Source of the DNA: Nanobdellota archaeon
GTDB taxonomy: Archaea; Nanobdellota; Nanobdellia; Pacearchaeales; GW2011-AR1
Assembly (NCBI GenBank): GCA_030641715.1
Contig: DAOWGX010000015.1
Location: forward strand, 560-64,559
DNA length: 64,000 bases
Direction: 5' to 3'
Each line of letters begins with the position of its first letter. The stretch's first letter is position 1. This document shows positions 18,054 to 26,674 of this stretch, piece after piece. A model generated the notes under the pieces. The model did no database searches. It was not told where the DNA came from and worked only from the letters and a program-made list of their open reading frames with translations. The position numbers were made by a program, and so were the translations under genes.

Positions 18054-18839
18054 ATGAAAACAAAACTATTCAACAAAACAGGAAGCGAAAAAGGCACAAT
18101 AGATCTACCAAAGAATTTTTCAGTTAAAATTAGAGAAGATATTTTGTCGAAGGTGTTTGAGGCACAGAGAGGAATTTATGCCCAAGCTTATGGTGCGAAA
18201 GAAGGCGCCGGTGCCCAGTATTCTGCTTCGGGAATCATAAAAAAGAAAAGGCATGACTGGAAAGCCTCTTACGGTAAAGGAATTTCTCGAGTTCCTCGAA
18301 AAGTCATGTCAAGACATGGTGCAAGCTTTAACTGGATTGGTGCCACAGTCTCAAATACTCGGGGAGGACGAAGACCTCATGCACCCCGAAGTGAAAAGAA
18401 TCCTTTTAAAAAAATTAATAAAAAGGAACTTTTGATTGCATTTAATTCTGCTTTAGCAGGGACCATCAACGCGAAGTTTTTAGAGAAGAAGTACGGACGA
18501 AAAGCTGAATCAGGATTCGTCTTCGACGATAAAATCCTAAATATTAAAACTAAAGATTTTATTATGACTATGAAAAAAGTTTTTGGAGACGCATTTGATA
18601 ATGTTTTGAAACACAAATCTATTAGGGCAGGTATCGGAAAGATGCGGGGTCGAAAATATAAATCTAATGCAGGATTATTGTTTGTTCTCGGAAGCGAAGA
18701 GAAGATGAAACAGAAAGGAATAGAAATTGTAAATGTCAATAATTTAACAATTAAAGATTTATCGCCTAATGGAGAACCTGGAAGATTAGTTTGCTATACA
18801 GAAAAAGCAATTAGTGAAATCGGAGGAAGGTTCAAATGA
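18054..18839 (+). CDS. rpl4: 50S ribosomal protein L4
   Basis: GKGISRVPR, TRGGRRPHAP, IRAGIGKMRGRKY, PGRLVCYT. Confidence 0.97.
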   Translation: MKTKLFNKTGSEKGTIDLPKNFSVKIREDILSKVFEAQRGIYAQAYGAKEGAGAQYSASGIIKKKRHDWKASYGKGISRVPRKVMSRHGASFNWIGATVSNTRGGRRPHAPRSEKNPFKKINKKELLIAFNSALAGTINAKFLEKKYGRKAESGFVFDDKILNIKTKDFIMTMKKVFGDAFDNVLKHKSIRAGIGKMRGRKYKSNAGLLFVLGSEEKMKQKGIEIVNVNNLTIKDLSPNGEPGRLVCYTEKAISEIGGRFK

Positions 18840-19090
18840 AGACGATAATTTTAGAAAAGATTAAGTCAACAGAAAAGGTAGTTCGGCAGATAGAAGCAGA
18901 CAATAGTTTAGTTTTCATCGTTGATAGAGCTGTTACGAAGAACGAAATCAAGAAAGAAGTTGAAATACTTTTCAACGTAAAAGTTTCGAAGGTAAGGACG
19001 CACACAATGAAAAATAAGAAATTAGCTTATGTTAAATTAAAAGCAGACTATCCGGCAGTGGACGTCGCGACTAAATTGGGGATGATGTAA
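18836..19090 (+). CDS. rpl23: 50S ribosomal protein L23
   Basis: TEK...NSLVFIVD...KLAYVKL...ATKLGMM. Confidence 0.96.
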   Translation: MKTIILEKIKSTEKVVRQIEADNSLVFIVDRAVTKNEIKKEVEILFNVKVSKVRTHTMKNKKLAYVKLKADYPAVDVATKLGMM

Positions 19091-19094
19091 TAAA

Positions 19095-19793
19095 ATGGGA
19101 AAGAGAATTATTCAACAGCGTAGAGGGAAGGGAGGACACACTTACAAAGTTAGACAAAAAGCTGGAAAAGTTAGACCTGGCTACATTAATGATATGGGTG
19201 GAGAATTTAAAGTTGTTAAATTGACGGCGTCGCCAGGACATTCCATTCCGATTGCAAAATTCGTAAACAAAGAAGGAAAAGTCTTTGAAAATTTTGCTGC
19301 GAATCTTTTGTATGTTGGTCAGAATATTAAGATTAGCGGGAACAAACCAGGAGATATTGCAAGGATTGGAGATTTGAAAAACGGAGTTGAGATTTTTAAT
19401 ATTGAAAACAATTTTAAAGATGGTGGAAAGTTTGTTAGAACTGGAGGGAATGCGGCAACGATTATGAATAAAATGGGCAATGTTGTCAAGGTTCGAATGC
19501 CCTCGAAAAAGGAGAAGAAATTTAATGTTAATTGTAGGGCAACCATCGGACGAGCCGCAGGTGATGGTAAAACTGACAAACCGATTTTGAAGGCAGGTAA
19601 AAAATTTTATATAATGAAGACCAAGTCCAAATTATGGCCTAGAGTTTCCGCGGTTAAAATGAATGCAATTGACCATCCATTCGGAAGCGGTCGAGGTAAG
19701 AGAGTAAAAAGCAAAATTGCCAAACGAAATGCGTCGCCAGGTAAGAAGGTTGGTTTATTGAGACCAAGCAGAACAGGGAGGAAGAAAAGATAA
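19095..19793 (+). CDS. rpl2: 50S ribosomal protein L2
   Basis: MGKRIIQQRRGKG...WPRVSAVKMNAIDHPFGSG. Confidence 0.97.
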   Translation: MGKRIIQQRRGKGGHTYKVRQKAGKVRPGYINDMGGEFKVVKLTASPGHSIPIAKFVNKEGKVFENFAANLLYVGQNIKISGNKPGDIARIGDLKNGVEIFNIENNFKDGGKFVRTGGNAATIMNKMGNVVKVRMPSKKEKKFNVNCRATIGRAAGDGKTDKPILKAGKKFYIMKTKSKLWPRVSAVKMNAIDHPFGSGRGKRVKSKIAKRNASPGKKVGLLRPSRTGRKKR

Positions 19794-19794
19794 G

Positions 19795-20199
19795 ATGGCA
19801 GAAGTATTGGTAAAGAAAAATAAAGATAAATTCTATCGGGGAAAGAATGTGGAAGATCTTAGAACATTTAATACTCGAGAGTTCGCTAAATTGGTCAAGG
19901 CGCGGACTAGAAGATCTCTCTTAAGAAATTACGATGTTATAGAGGCATTCGTTAAAAGATGTGAAGAAAAGGACGCAAAAAATAAAGTGATTAAAACTCA
20001 CGATAGAGCTTTAGTAATCGTCCCTCAATTGGTTGGAAAGACTATTGGAATCTATAATGGAAAAGAATTCATTAAAGTTACGATTACCGAGGAGATGTTG
20101 GGTCACCGATTAGGTGAGTTTTCATTAACGAGAAAAATAGCGAAACATACAAAAGCAGGTATCGGAGCAACTAAATCTACAGTTTCTAAAGCAAAGTAA
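19795..20199 (+). CDS. rps19: 30S ribosomal protein S19
   Basis: IKTHDR...EMLGHRLGEFSLTR. Confidence 0.97.
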   Translation: MAEVLVKKNKDKFYRGKNVEDLRTFNTREFAKLVKARTRRSLLRNYDVIEAFVKRCEEKDAKNKVIKTHDRALVIVPQLVGKTIGIYNGKEFIKVTITEEMLGHRLGEFSLTRKIAKHTKAGIGATKSTVSKAK

Positions 20200-20200
20200 A

Positions 20201-20731
20201 ATGGAAATACAAGAAACTAAAAAACAACTTGTAAAAGTGAAAGAAGAATCGAAGGTAGATAAATCTTCGGAAGTTGAAAGACAAGCAGAGGTTAAAACTG
20301 AAAAGAAAGTTGTAGAAGTTAAGAAAAATGTGAAGAAGGATGTTGCAGTTGCTAACGGTTTCTCCTTGAGAATCTCTCCTAAACAGTCGGTTTATGTTTG
20401 CAAGGCTATTCGTAGAAAAAGTCCTGAACTTGCGATGATAAGACTCAACGAGGTTATCAGCGAGAAGAGAGCTATTCCGATGGCAGGTTTAGAAGTTGGG
20501 CATAGAAAAGGAAAAGGTTTTGCAGGGGGAAGGTTTCCAAAAAATGCATGTAAAGCTATAATTGAAATTGTGAAACAGGCAGGTGCTAATGCAATCGTTG
20601 CAGGTATCGAGAATCCTATGATTACTATTGCTAAATCAGATAGAGCGTCGGCACCATATCGAAAGGCCGGACGAAAAGCTAAAAGAACACATATCCATAT
20701 TGAGATAAGAAACAAGGGGGTAAAAAAATAA
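20201..20731 (+). CDS. rpl22: 50S ribosomal protein L22
   Basis: LRISPKQSVYVCKAIR...GGRFPKNA...THIHIEI; charged N-terminal extension. Confidence 0.94.
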   Translation: MEIQETKKQLVKVKEESKVDKSSEVERQAEVKTEKKVVEVKKNVKKDVAVANGFSLRISPKQSVYVCKAIRRKSPELAMIRLNEVISEKRAIPMAGLEVGHRKGKGFAGGRFPKNACKAIIEIVKQAGANAIVAGIENPMITIAKSDRASAPYRKAGRKAKRTHIHIEIRNKGVKK

Positions 20732-21417
20732 TGGAAGAAAAAAAGTTTGTCGAAGTAAGGAAAGATGAATATAACATTAAACAGTTCGTAAAGAGGATGT
20801 TTGGAAAAGGAAAGGTCTCAAAAGTTCGAATTGAGTATACTCCTGTTGGTGAAAAGATTGTCGTCTCGACACACAAACCTGGCTGGATTATTGGTCGACG
20901 TGGAGAGAAAATTAACGAGCTAACAGAAATATTAAAAAAGAAGTTTAAGATGGAGAATCCTCATGTTGATATCGATGAAATTATGCACCCCGAATTTGAT
21001 GCCCAGTTAGTTGCCGACGATATAGCCCTAACACTCGAGAGATTTGGGGCGATGAAATATAAGGCATCAAGTTATCGAGCTCTTGGTAAAATTAAAAATT
21101 CTGGAGCTCTTGGAGCAGAGTTAAGAGTTTCTGGAAAGTTGCCTAGCGACAGAGCAAGGTCTTGGAGGTTCGCATTTGGTTATTTGAAAAAGACTGGAGA
21201 TGCTGCAAACGTCGTCGATAGAGCAGAGTCCGTTGCGCAGACTAAACAGGGAATCGTAGGAATCAAAGTTGCGATTTTAGCACCAGGCGTTAAAGTTTGT
21301 GACCAGATTAGCATCGACGAAGACTTTATGAACGAGGTTAAAAAGAACGCGACTTTTGAAGAAGTTGAAGAAACAGTTAAAAAAATTAAAAAGAAAAGGA
21401 AGGTAACTAAGAAATGA
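20731..21417 (+). CDS. rps3: 30S ribosomal protein S3
   Basis: KPGWIIGRRG KH motif; GAELRVSGKL; GIVGIKVAI. Confidence 0.97.
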   Translation: MEEKKFVEVRKDEYNIKQFVKRMFGKGKVSKVRIEYTPVGEKIVVSTHKPGWIIGRRGEKINELTEILKKKFKMENPHVDIDEIMHPEFDAQLVADDIALTLERFGAMKYKASSYRALGKIKNSGALGAELRVSGKLPSDRARSWRFAFGYLKKTGDAANVVDRAESVAQTKQGIVGIKVAILAPGVKVCDQISIDEDFMNEVKKNATFEEVEETVKKIKKKRKVTKK

Positions 21418-21605
21418 TGGCAGAAAAAACGAGTACTAAGAAAAACAGCGTCGTACATACAAATGTATCTATAAATGCAGGTAAGAAGCTTATAGATTTG
21501 AAAATTGAATTATTGAAGAGTCCAACGAAAAGGGGAAGGATTAAAAAGGAAATTGCGAGGTTGTTAACAATGGAGAATTTAACTAAATCGGAGAAAAAAT
21601 CGTAA
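21414..21605 (+). CDS. rpl29: Divergent 50S ribosomal protein L29
   Basis: Canonical position after rps3; KLIDLKIELLK...RIKKEIARLLT retained, N-terminus atypical. Confidence 0.75.
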   Translation: MMAEKTSTKKNSVVHTNVSINAGKKLIDLKIELLKSPTKRGRIKKEIARLLTMENLTKSEKKS

Positions 21606-21606
21606 A

Positions 21607-21906
21607 GTGGATATTTGCCCAAAGTGTGGATTACCTGTTCCGGCTTGTGTTTGTAACGAAATAGCGAAGACACAACAACAGATCGACGTTAGAACCGAGA
21701 AGCGACGTTTCGGAAAAATCAACACGATAATAAGTGGCTTCGATGACGGTGTTGATGTAAAAGATATCGCAAAACAGCTCAAAATGAAACGAGCTTGTGG
21801 AGGCACAGTAAAAAATAAAGTCATAGAATTGCAAGGGAATCACCAAGGTCATATAAAACAAATTTTGATTCCGATGGGATTCAATGAGGAACAAATTAAC
21901 GAATGA
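21607..21906 (+). CDS. sui1: Translation initiation factor SUI1 / aIF1
   Basis: ICPKCGLP..ACVC...KRRFGK...ACGGTVK..IELQGNH; GTG start. Confidence 0.95.
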   Translation: MDICPKCGLPVPACVCNEIAKTQQQIDVRTEKRRFGKINTIISGFDDGVDVKDIAKQLKMKRACGGTVKNKVIELQGNHQGHIKQILIPMGFNEEQINE

Positions 21907-22259
21907 ATAAGATGGTAAAAACGAGAATAGTAAAAGATAATATAAGGGTCAAATGTAAAGATAGACTTTGTCCTATTCATGGAGATAGAAAATTGAAGAG
22001 GAGGGGTAGAACTTTTGAAGGAGTTGTAGTTAAGAAATTATCTGGCAGGGTCACGATTCAATTTGAAAGAATGTTGAAATTGCCTAAATATGAAAGGTAT
22101 GAAAAACGAAAGACCAAGATTCATGCGAGGTTGCCTGATTGCATAAGTGACAATGTAGGAGTTGGAGATTTAATTCAGATCGCAGAAACTCGACCAATTA
22201 GCAAGATGATTCATTTTGTTGTTAGCAAGGTTGTTAGAAAATTGGAGGTGAAGTCATGA
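21903..22259 (+). CDS. rps17: 30S ribosomal protein S17
   Basis: CKDRLCPIHG...KYERYEKRKTKIHA...ETRPISK. Confidence 0.96.
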   Translation: MNKMVKTRIVKDNIRVKCKDRLCPIHGDRKLKRRGRTFEGVVVKKLSGRVTIQFERMLKLPKYERYEKRKTKIHARLPDCISDNVGVGDLIQIAETRPISKMIHFVVSKVVRKLEVKS

Positions 22260-22483
22260 GAGAAGTAGCATTAGAGTTATATATTGGAGACAGTCTTAAA
22301 TATGCAATTACCGGTGAATACAGCGGAACTGGTGATTTTGGTTTGTCTTCAGAGATTTGTATAAAAGACTGTCACCCTCGCACCATTGAAAAATTATTAT
22401 CTAATCTTGAGATTATAGCATCCACTGCAGACTCGCCAGATAAAACTTACGAAATAAAAATAAAATTAGGAGAGGAGAAATGA
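22256..22483 (+). CDS. Hypothetical protein inserted between rps17 and rpl14
   Basis: 75 aa; SD GGAGGTG upstream; ATGA overlaps at both ends. Confidence 0.72.
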   Translation: MREVALELYIGDSLKYAITGEYSGTGDFGLSSEICIKDCHPRTIEKLLSNLEIIASTADSPDKTYEIKIKLGEEK

Positions 22484-22881
22484 AAGCAATTAGCGGACGA
22501 GCAACGAAGAGCATGAACATTGGAAGTTTGTTAGAAGCATGCGATAACAGTGGAGCAAGAATTTGCAAGATTGTTTCGATTAAACACGGGAAGACGAGCA
22601 AAGGTCGTCAGGGCTACGCAAAGATTGGAGATTGGATTAAAGTTTCAGTCCGAAAAGGAAATCCTCAAATGAAAGGTGAAGTTTTCGACGCTGTTCTTGT
22701 CAGACAAAGAAAACCGTGGAGAAGAAACACTGGAGAGAGAATCTGTTTTAGTGATAATGCAGTTGCACTTTTGAAAGATGAGAAAGGCAATCCAAAAGGG
22801 ACGCAGATTAAAGGCACCGTTGCCCGAGAAGTTCAGGAAAGATGGAAGGAGGTCGCTAAGATAGCGAAGGCAATATATTAA
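22480..22881 (+). CDS. rpl14: 50S ribosomal protein L14
   Basis: ACDNSGA...AVLVRQRKPWRR..G..ICFSDNA...PKGTQIKG. Confidence 0.97.
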   Translation: MKAISGRATKSMNIGSLLEACDNSGARICKIVSIKHGKTSKGRQGYAKIGDWIKVSVRKGNPQMKGEVFDAVLVRQRKPWRRNTGERICFSDNAVALLKDEKGNPKGTQIKGTVAREVQERWKEVAKIAKAIY

Positions 22882-22882
22882 G

Positions 22883-23347
22883 ATGAAATCAGAATTTAAC
22901 AAAACATGGAATTCAAGTAAACAACCTAGAAAACAAATTAAGTTTAGAGCGAATGCACCAAACCACATTAAAAGAACTTTCATGGGAGCAACGTTGGACA
23001 AACCGCTTAGAGAGAAATATTGTCGAAGAAATATTGAAGTTAGAAAAGGCGACGAGGTCAAAATTATGAGGGGTAATTTTAAAGGGAAGCAGGGAAAAGT
23101 TGGGGTTGTAGATATTAAGCGAACGCGGATTCAAGTCGATGGTATTCAAAGAACGAAGCAGGGCGGAGAGAAATTAGAAACATGGTTCCATCCATCGAAA
23201 GTTAAAATTATTATATTAAATGCCGACGATAAAAAAAGATTAAAATCCGGAAAGAAGATTATTAAGACAGAAGTTAAGGAAACAGCACCAGAAAAAATAT
23301 CTACAAAAGTGGATAAAACCAAAACTAAAATGGGGGCGAAGAAATAA
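22883..23347 (+). CDS. rpl24: 50S ribosomal protein L24
   Basis: SSKQPRKQ...NAPNH...VRKGDEVKIMRGNFKGKQGKV...HPSKV. Confidence 0.97.
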   Translation: MKSEFNKTWNSSKQPRKQIKFRANAPNHIKRTFMGATLDKPLREKYCRRNIEVRKGDEVKIMRGNFKGKQGKVGVVDIKRTRIQVDGIQRTKQGGEKLETWFHPSKVKIIILNADDKKRLKSGKKIIKTEVKETAPEKISTKVDKTKTKMGAKK

Positions 23348-23348
23348 A

Positions 23349-24005
23349 ATGCACATAAAGAAAACACAAATGCCGAAGACGTGGCCAGTTCCACGGAAAG
23401 GAAGAGGAAAGAGATTTGTAGCTGTGCCAAGCCACGCAATCAGCAAAGGAATATCTATATTATTCTTGCTTAGGGATGTTTTGAAGATAGTTAAAACTCG
23501 GAAAGAAGCAAGACACATGACATTAAATGAAATGGTTAAAATTAACAATAAAATTCGAAAGGATGTGAATTTTCCAGTGCAGGTTTTTGATACGATTAAT
23601 TTAGAAAAGGCAAGTTTGAATTATAGATTAGAGATTGTTAGCAAGAAATTTAATTTAGTTAAAATTTCTGCTAAAGATGCGGAAAAGAAAGTTATAAAGA
23701 TTGTAGGGAAAAAAACTCTTGGAATTAAAAAAGTTCAGATGAACCTTGACGACGGACAAAATTTTCTAACAAAAGAAAAGTTTTCGGTTGGAGATTCAGT
23801 TGTTTTGAACACTAAGGAAAACAAGATTGAAAAAATCCTTCCATTAACAGAAGGTGCCAAAGTCGAAATCATTACTGGAAAACATGCAGGTGAGAAAGGA
23901 GATCTTACAGGATTTAAAGAATTAGTTCGAGGAAGAGATTATATTATTAAATTAGAGGATAAGACTGTGAGTTTGCCTTACAAAACTATCTTGGTGATTG
24001 AATAA
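23349..24005 (+). CDS. rps4e: 30S ribosomal protein S4e
   Basis: MHIKK..MPKTWPVPRK...LLRDVL...ITGKHAG. Confidence 0.95.
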   Translation: MHIKKTQMPKTWPVPRKGRGKRFVAVPSHAISKGISILFLLRDVLKIVKTRKEARHMTLNEMVKINNKIRKDVNFPVQVFDTINLEKASLNYRLEIVSKKFNLVKISAKDAEKKVIKIVGKKTLGIKKVQMNLDDGQNFLTKEKFSVGDSVVLNTKENKIEKILPLTEGAKVEIITGKHAGEKGDLTGFKELVRGRDYIIKLEDKTVSLPYKTILVIE

Positions 24006-24550
24006 TGGCAGGAAATATGAGGAACAAAATGAAAGAAATCAAATTAGAGAAAGTAATTCTAAATATCGGCGGCGTCGCTGAAAAGCTAGACAAGGGAGTA
24101 ATTTTACTTGAGCATATTAGTGAAAGAAAAGCTGTCCGAGTCAAAGCAACCAAACGAATTCCGACGTGGAATGTTCGGCCTGGTTTGGAAGTCGGGACGA
24201 AAGTTACCCTTCGAGGTAAGGATGCAATTAAGATGGTTGAGAAGTTACTTCCAGCAATTGATAATACATTAAAAGAAAAACAGATTCAGAACAATTGTTT
24301 TTCATTTGGAATTCATGAATACATCGAGATTCCCGGAGTTAAGTACCTTCGAGAAGTTGGAATTATGGGCTTCGAGGTTACAGTTGTTTTCTCTAGGGCG
24401 GGGAAATCTGTCGAAAAGAAAAAGATTAAAAGAGGAAAGGCATGTAGATTAACAGTTACTCGAGAAGAAATTGAGGATTATCTTATAACTAAATTTAATA
24501 CAAGTATTCTGCGAAAGCAGGAGAAGATTATAGAAAATGACAGCGAGTGA
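24005..24550 (+). CDS. rpl5: 50S ribosomal protein L5
   Basis: LEKVILNIG...GTKVTLRG...FSFGIHEYIEIPG...GIMG. Confidence 0.97.
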   Translation: MAGNMRNKMKEIKLEKVILNIGGVAEKLDKGVILLEHISERKAVRVKATKRIPTWNVRPGLEVGTKVTLRGKDAIKMVEKLLPAIDNTLKEKQIQNNCFSFGIHEYIEIPGVKYLREVGIMGFEVTVVFSRAGKSVEKKKIKRGKACRLTVTREEIEDYLITKFNTSILRKQEKIIENDSE

Positions 24551-24767
24551 TTGGAGAAAAATAACTAAGCAGCTTCGGAAAAAGCCGGCAGTACTTAGAA
24601 AATTTTTAAAGCACAATAAACCTAAAGCTCGAGAGTTTGGCGTCGCTGCCCAAAAGTGCGAAGTTTGCGGACGACACGGTGCACATATCTCATCTTATAA
24701 TTTAAACTTGTGCCGACACTGTTTCAGAGAGTTGGCAGTTGAACTTGGTTTCAAAAAATACAGTTAA
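24537..24767 (+). CDS. rps14: 30S ribosomal protein S14 (zinc type, N-terminally extended)
   Basis: CEVCG...LCRHCFRE..LGFKKYS. Confidence 0.96.
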   Translation: MTASDWRKITKQLRKKPAVLRKFLKHNKPKAREFGVAAQKCEVCGRHGAHISSYNLNLCRHCFRELAVELGFKKYS

Positions 24768-24768
24768 A

Positions 24769-24933
24769 ATGGAAAATAAAATTTTGTACGTGGGGGATTG
24801 TCCGAATTCAGGAGATTTCGAAAAGGTCCAAGAAAACTTAAAAAGAGTAATTAGAATGCAAGAAGAATTTTATAAATGGAAAAGTGAACAAACCTTTCAA
24901 CCAATTAAATATTATGAAGGGGGTTTAAATTAA
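24769..24933 (+). CDS. 54-aa hypothetical protein inserted between rps14 and rps8
   Basis: MENKILYVGDCPNSG...YYEGGLN; fills the gap exactly, with TTAAAATG at both junctions. Confidence 0.65.
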   Translation: MENKILYVGDCPNSGDFEKVQENLKRVIRMQEEFYKWKSEQTFQPIKYYEGGLN

Positions 24934-24934
24934 A

Positions 24935-25312
24935 ATGTCACAAGATGTAGTATCAGACGGATTGAATCAAATCATGAATGCAGAAAGAATAGGAAAGCGA
25001 GAGCTTACAATTAGGAGATACTCTAAAGTTTTAACTAATCTCTTAGAAATGATGAAAGAAAAAGGACACGTTGATTACCATGTTAACGAAGAAGACAAAA
25101 CAGTTACAGTTAAAATTATCAAACTGAACGAATGCAGAGCTATTAAGCCAAGGTATTATGTTAGTGTTGGTAGCATCGATAAATATCTTAGACGATTCTT
25201 GCCTTCGAGAAATTTTGGGAGTTTAGTCATTTCTACAAATAAGGGTTTGATGAATCACAAAGAAGCTATCGCAATTAAAATCGGAGGAAGCGTCGTCGCG
25301 TATTTCTATTAA
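24935..25312 (+). CDS. rps8: 30S ribosomal protein S8
   Basis: LNECRAIKPR...FLPSRNFGSLVISTNKGLM..IGGSVVAYFY. Confidence 0.97.
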   Translation: MSQDVVSDGLNQIMNAERIGKRELTIRRYSKVLTNLLEMMKEKGHVDYHVNEEDKTVTVKIIKLNECRAIKPRYYVSVGSIDKYLRRFLPSRNFGSLVISTNKGLMNHKEAIAIKIGGSVVAYFY

Positions 25313-25313
25313 G

Positions 25314-25856
25314 ATGAATAAAGATTTATCAAGAGTTATCGAAATCCCTGAAGGAACTGAAGTTGCAGTCAATGACAATGAAGTTATCGTTAAAGGTAAT
25401 GGCAACGAGCTCATTAAAAAATTCGATAAGGGAAAAATTTCACTTACAGTTGCCGATAATAAAGTTACGATTTCAGCAAAAGGTGCGACTCGAAGAGAAT
25501 CTAGGATGATGGGAACAATTTGGGCGTGTATCAATAATATGATTAAAGGTGTCGGAGAAAATTTCGTTTATACCCTTGAAATTTGCAATGTTCATTTTCC
25601 TATGAATGTTAAAGCAGAGGGAGATAAAATAATTATCAAATCATTCATTGGTGAAACAGTAAACAGAACAGCGAAAATTTTACCAAAAGTAAATGTAGAT
25701 ATTAAAGGAAACAAGATTACCATTTCTTCTTGCAATATCGAAGCTGCTGGACAAACCGCAGCAAATTTAGAAAAGGCAACAAAGTTAACCGGAAGAGACA
25801 GAAGAATTTTTCAGGATGGAATATTTATTACAGAAAAACCGGGGAGGACGATATAA
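25314..25856 (+). CDS. rpl6: 50S ribosomal protein L6
   Basis: HFPMNV...GQTAANLE..RDRRIFQDGIFI. Confidence 0.97.
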   Translation: MNKDLSRVIEIPEGTEVAVNDNEVIVKGNGNELIKKFDKGKISLTVADNKVTISAKGATRRESRMMGTIWACINNMIKGVGENFVYTLEICNVHFPMNVKAEGDKIIIKSFIGETVNRTAKILPKVNVDIKGNKITISSCNIEAAGQTAANLEKATKLTGRDRRIFQDGIFITEKPGRTI

Positions 25857-26272
25857 TGGATGCAAAAAAAGAAACAACAAAGAGAAGTAAGCCGAAGTTT
25901 TTGAGGAATGATTGGCACAAGAAGATTAGGTTAGGTAGAACTGTAAAGAAAAATAGAAAATGGAGGGGGGCCAAAGGCAGACATAATAAACTTAGATTAA
26001 ATAGAAAAGGACATTCGCAGAGGCCAAAAATTGGGTGGGGAGCAGAATGTAAGATTAAAGGTTTTGTCGGTGGCCTCGAAGTCGTTAGAGTTGAAACATT
26101 GAAAGCATTAGAATCATTAAAGAAGGGTGTAGGAATTATCATAGGTTCTGTTGGAAAAAAGAAAAGAAAAGAAATTATTGTCAAGGCAAATGAAATGAAA
26201 ATTAAAGTTTTAAATAAATACAAAAAAGCTACGCCAGATAGTGTAACTAAAGATATCGAGGACAAAAAATGA
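25856..26272 (+). CDS. rpl32e: 50S ribosomal protein L32e
   Basis: KPKFLRNDWHKKIRLG...KWRGAKGRHNKLR...PKIGWG; start ATG 25856 (TAATG). Confidence 0.95.
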   Translation: MDAKKETTKRSKPKFLRNDWHKKIRLGRTVKKNRKWRGAKGRHNKLRLNRKGHSQRPKIGWGAECKIKGFVGGLEVVRVETLKALESLKKGVGIIIGSVGKKKRKEIIVKANEMKIKVLNKYKKATPDSVTKDIEDKK

Positions 26273-26673
26273 ATTTAGCAAAAAAGAAAGAACTAGCCGC
26301 GAAAGTTTTGGGAGTTGGAAAGAATCGAATTATTTTTATGAAAAACAATTTACCAGAAATTAAAGAAGCGATTACTCGAATGGATATTAAAGATCTTCAT
26401 AAATCTGGAGCCATTCAAATTAAAGAAGTTTGTGGTCGAAAGAAGATTGTTAAGAGAAAAAACCGAAGACGAGGCGGGAAGGTGAAGAATAAAGTCAATA
26501 ATAGAAAAACAGAATATGTAATAATTACTAGAAAATTACGGAAACTGGTTAGAGGATTTGTTAGACTTGGTGTGATTGATAAAGATAAAAATCGAGAGAT
26601 TAGAAGGCAAATTCGAAGTAGAAAGTTTAGAAGCAAAAGACACTTAAAGGAAAATTTGGAGGAATTAAAGTAA
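26269..26673 (+). CDS. rpl19e: 50S ribosomal protein L19e
   Basis: KKELAAKVLGVGKNRI...AITRMDIKDL...FRSKRHL. Confidence 0.95.
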   Translation: MNLAKKKELAAKVLGVGKNRIIFMKNNLPEIKEAITRMDIKDLHKSGAIQIKEVCGRKKIVKRKNRRRGGKVKNKVNNRKTEYVIITRKLRKLVRGFVRLGVIDKDKNREIRRQIRSRKFRSKRHLKENLEELK

Positions 26674-26674
26674 T

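Noticed and set aside
25730..25855. N-terminal extension of L32e in the ORF track; similar extensions on rpl1, R15Pi, HAD and GT11
   Set aside because: Upstream near-cognate starts overlap neighbouring genes or promoters; internal ATGs fit coupling and homology.
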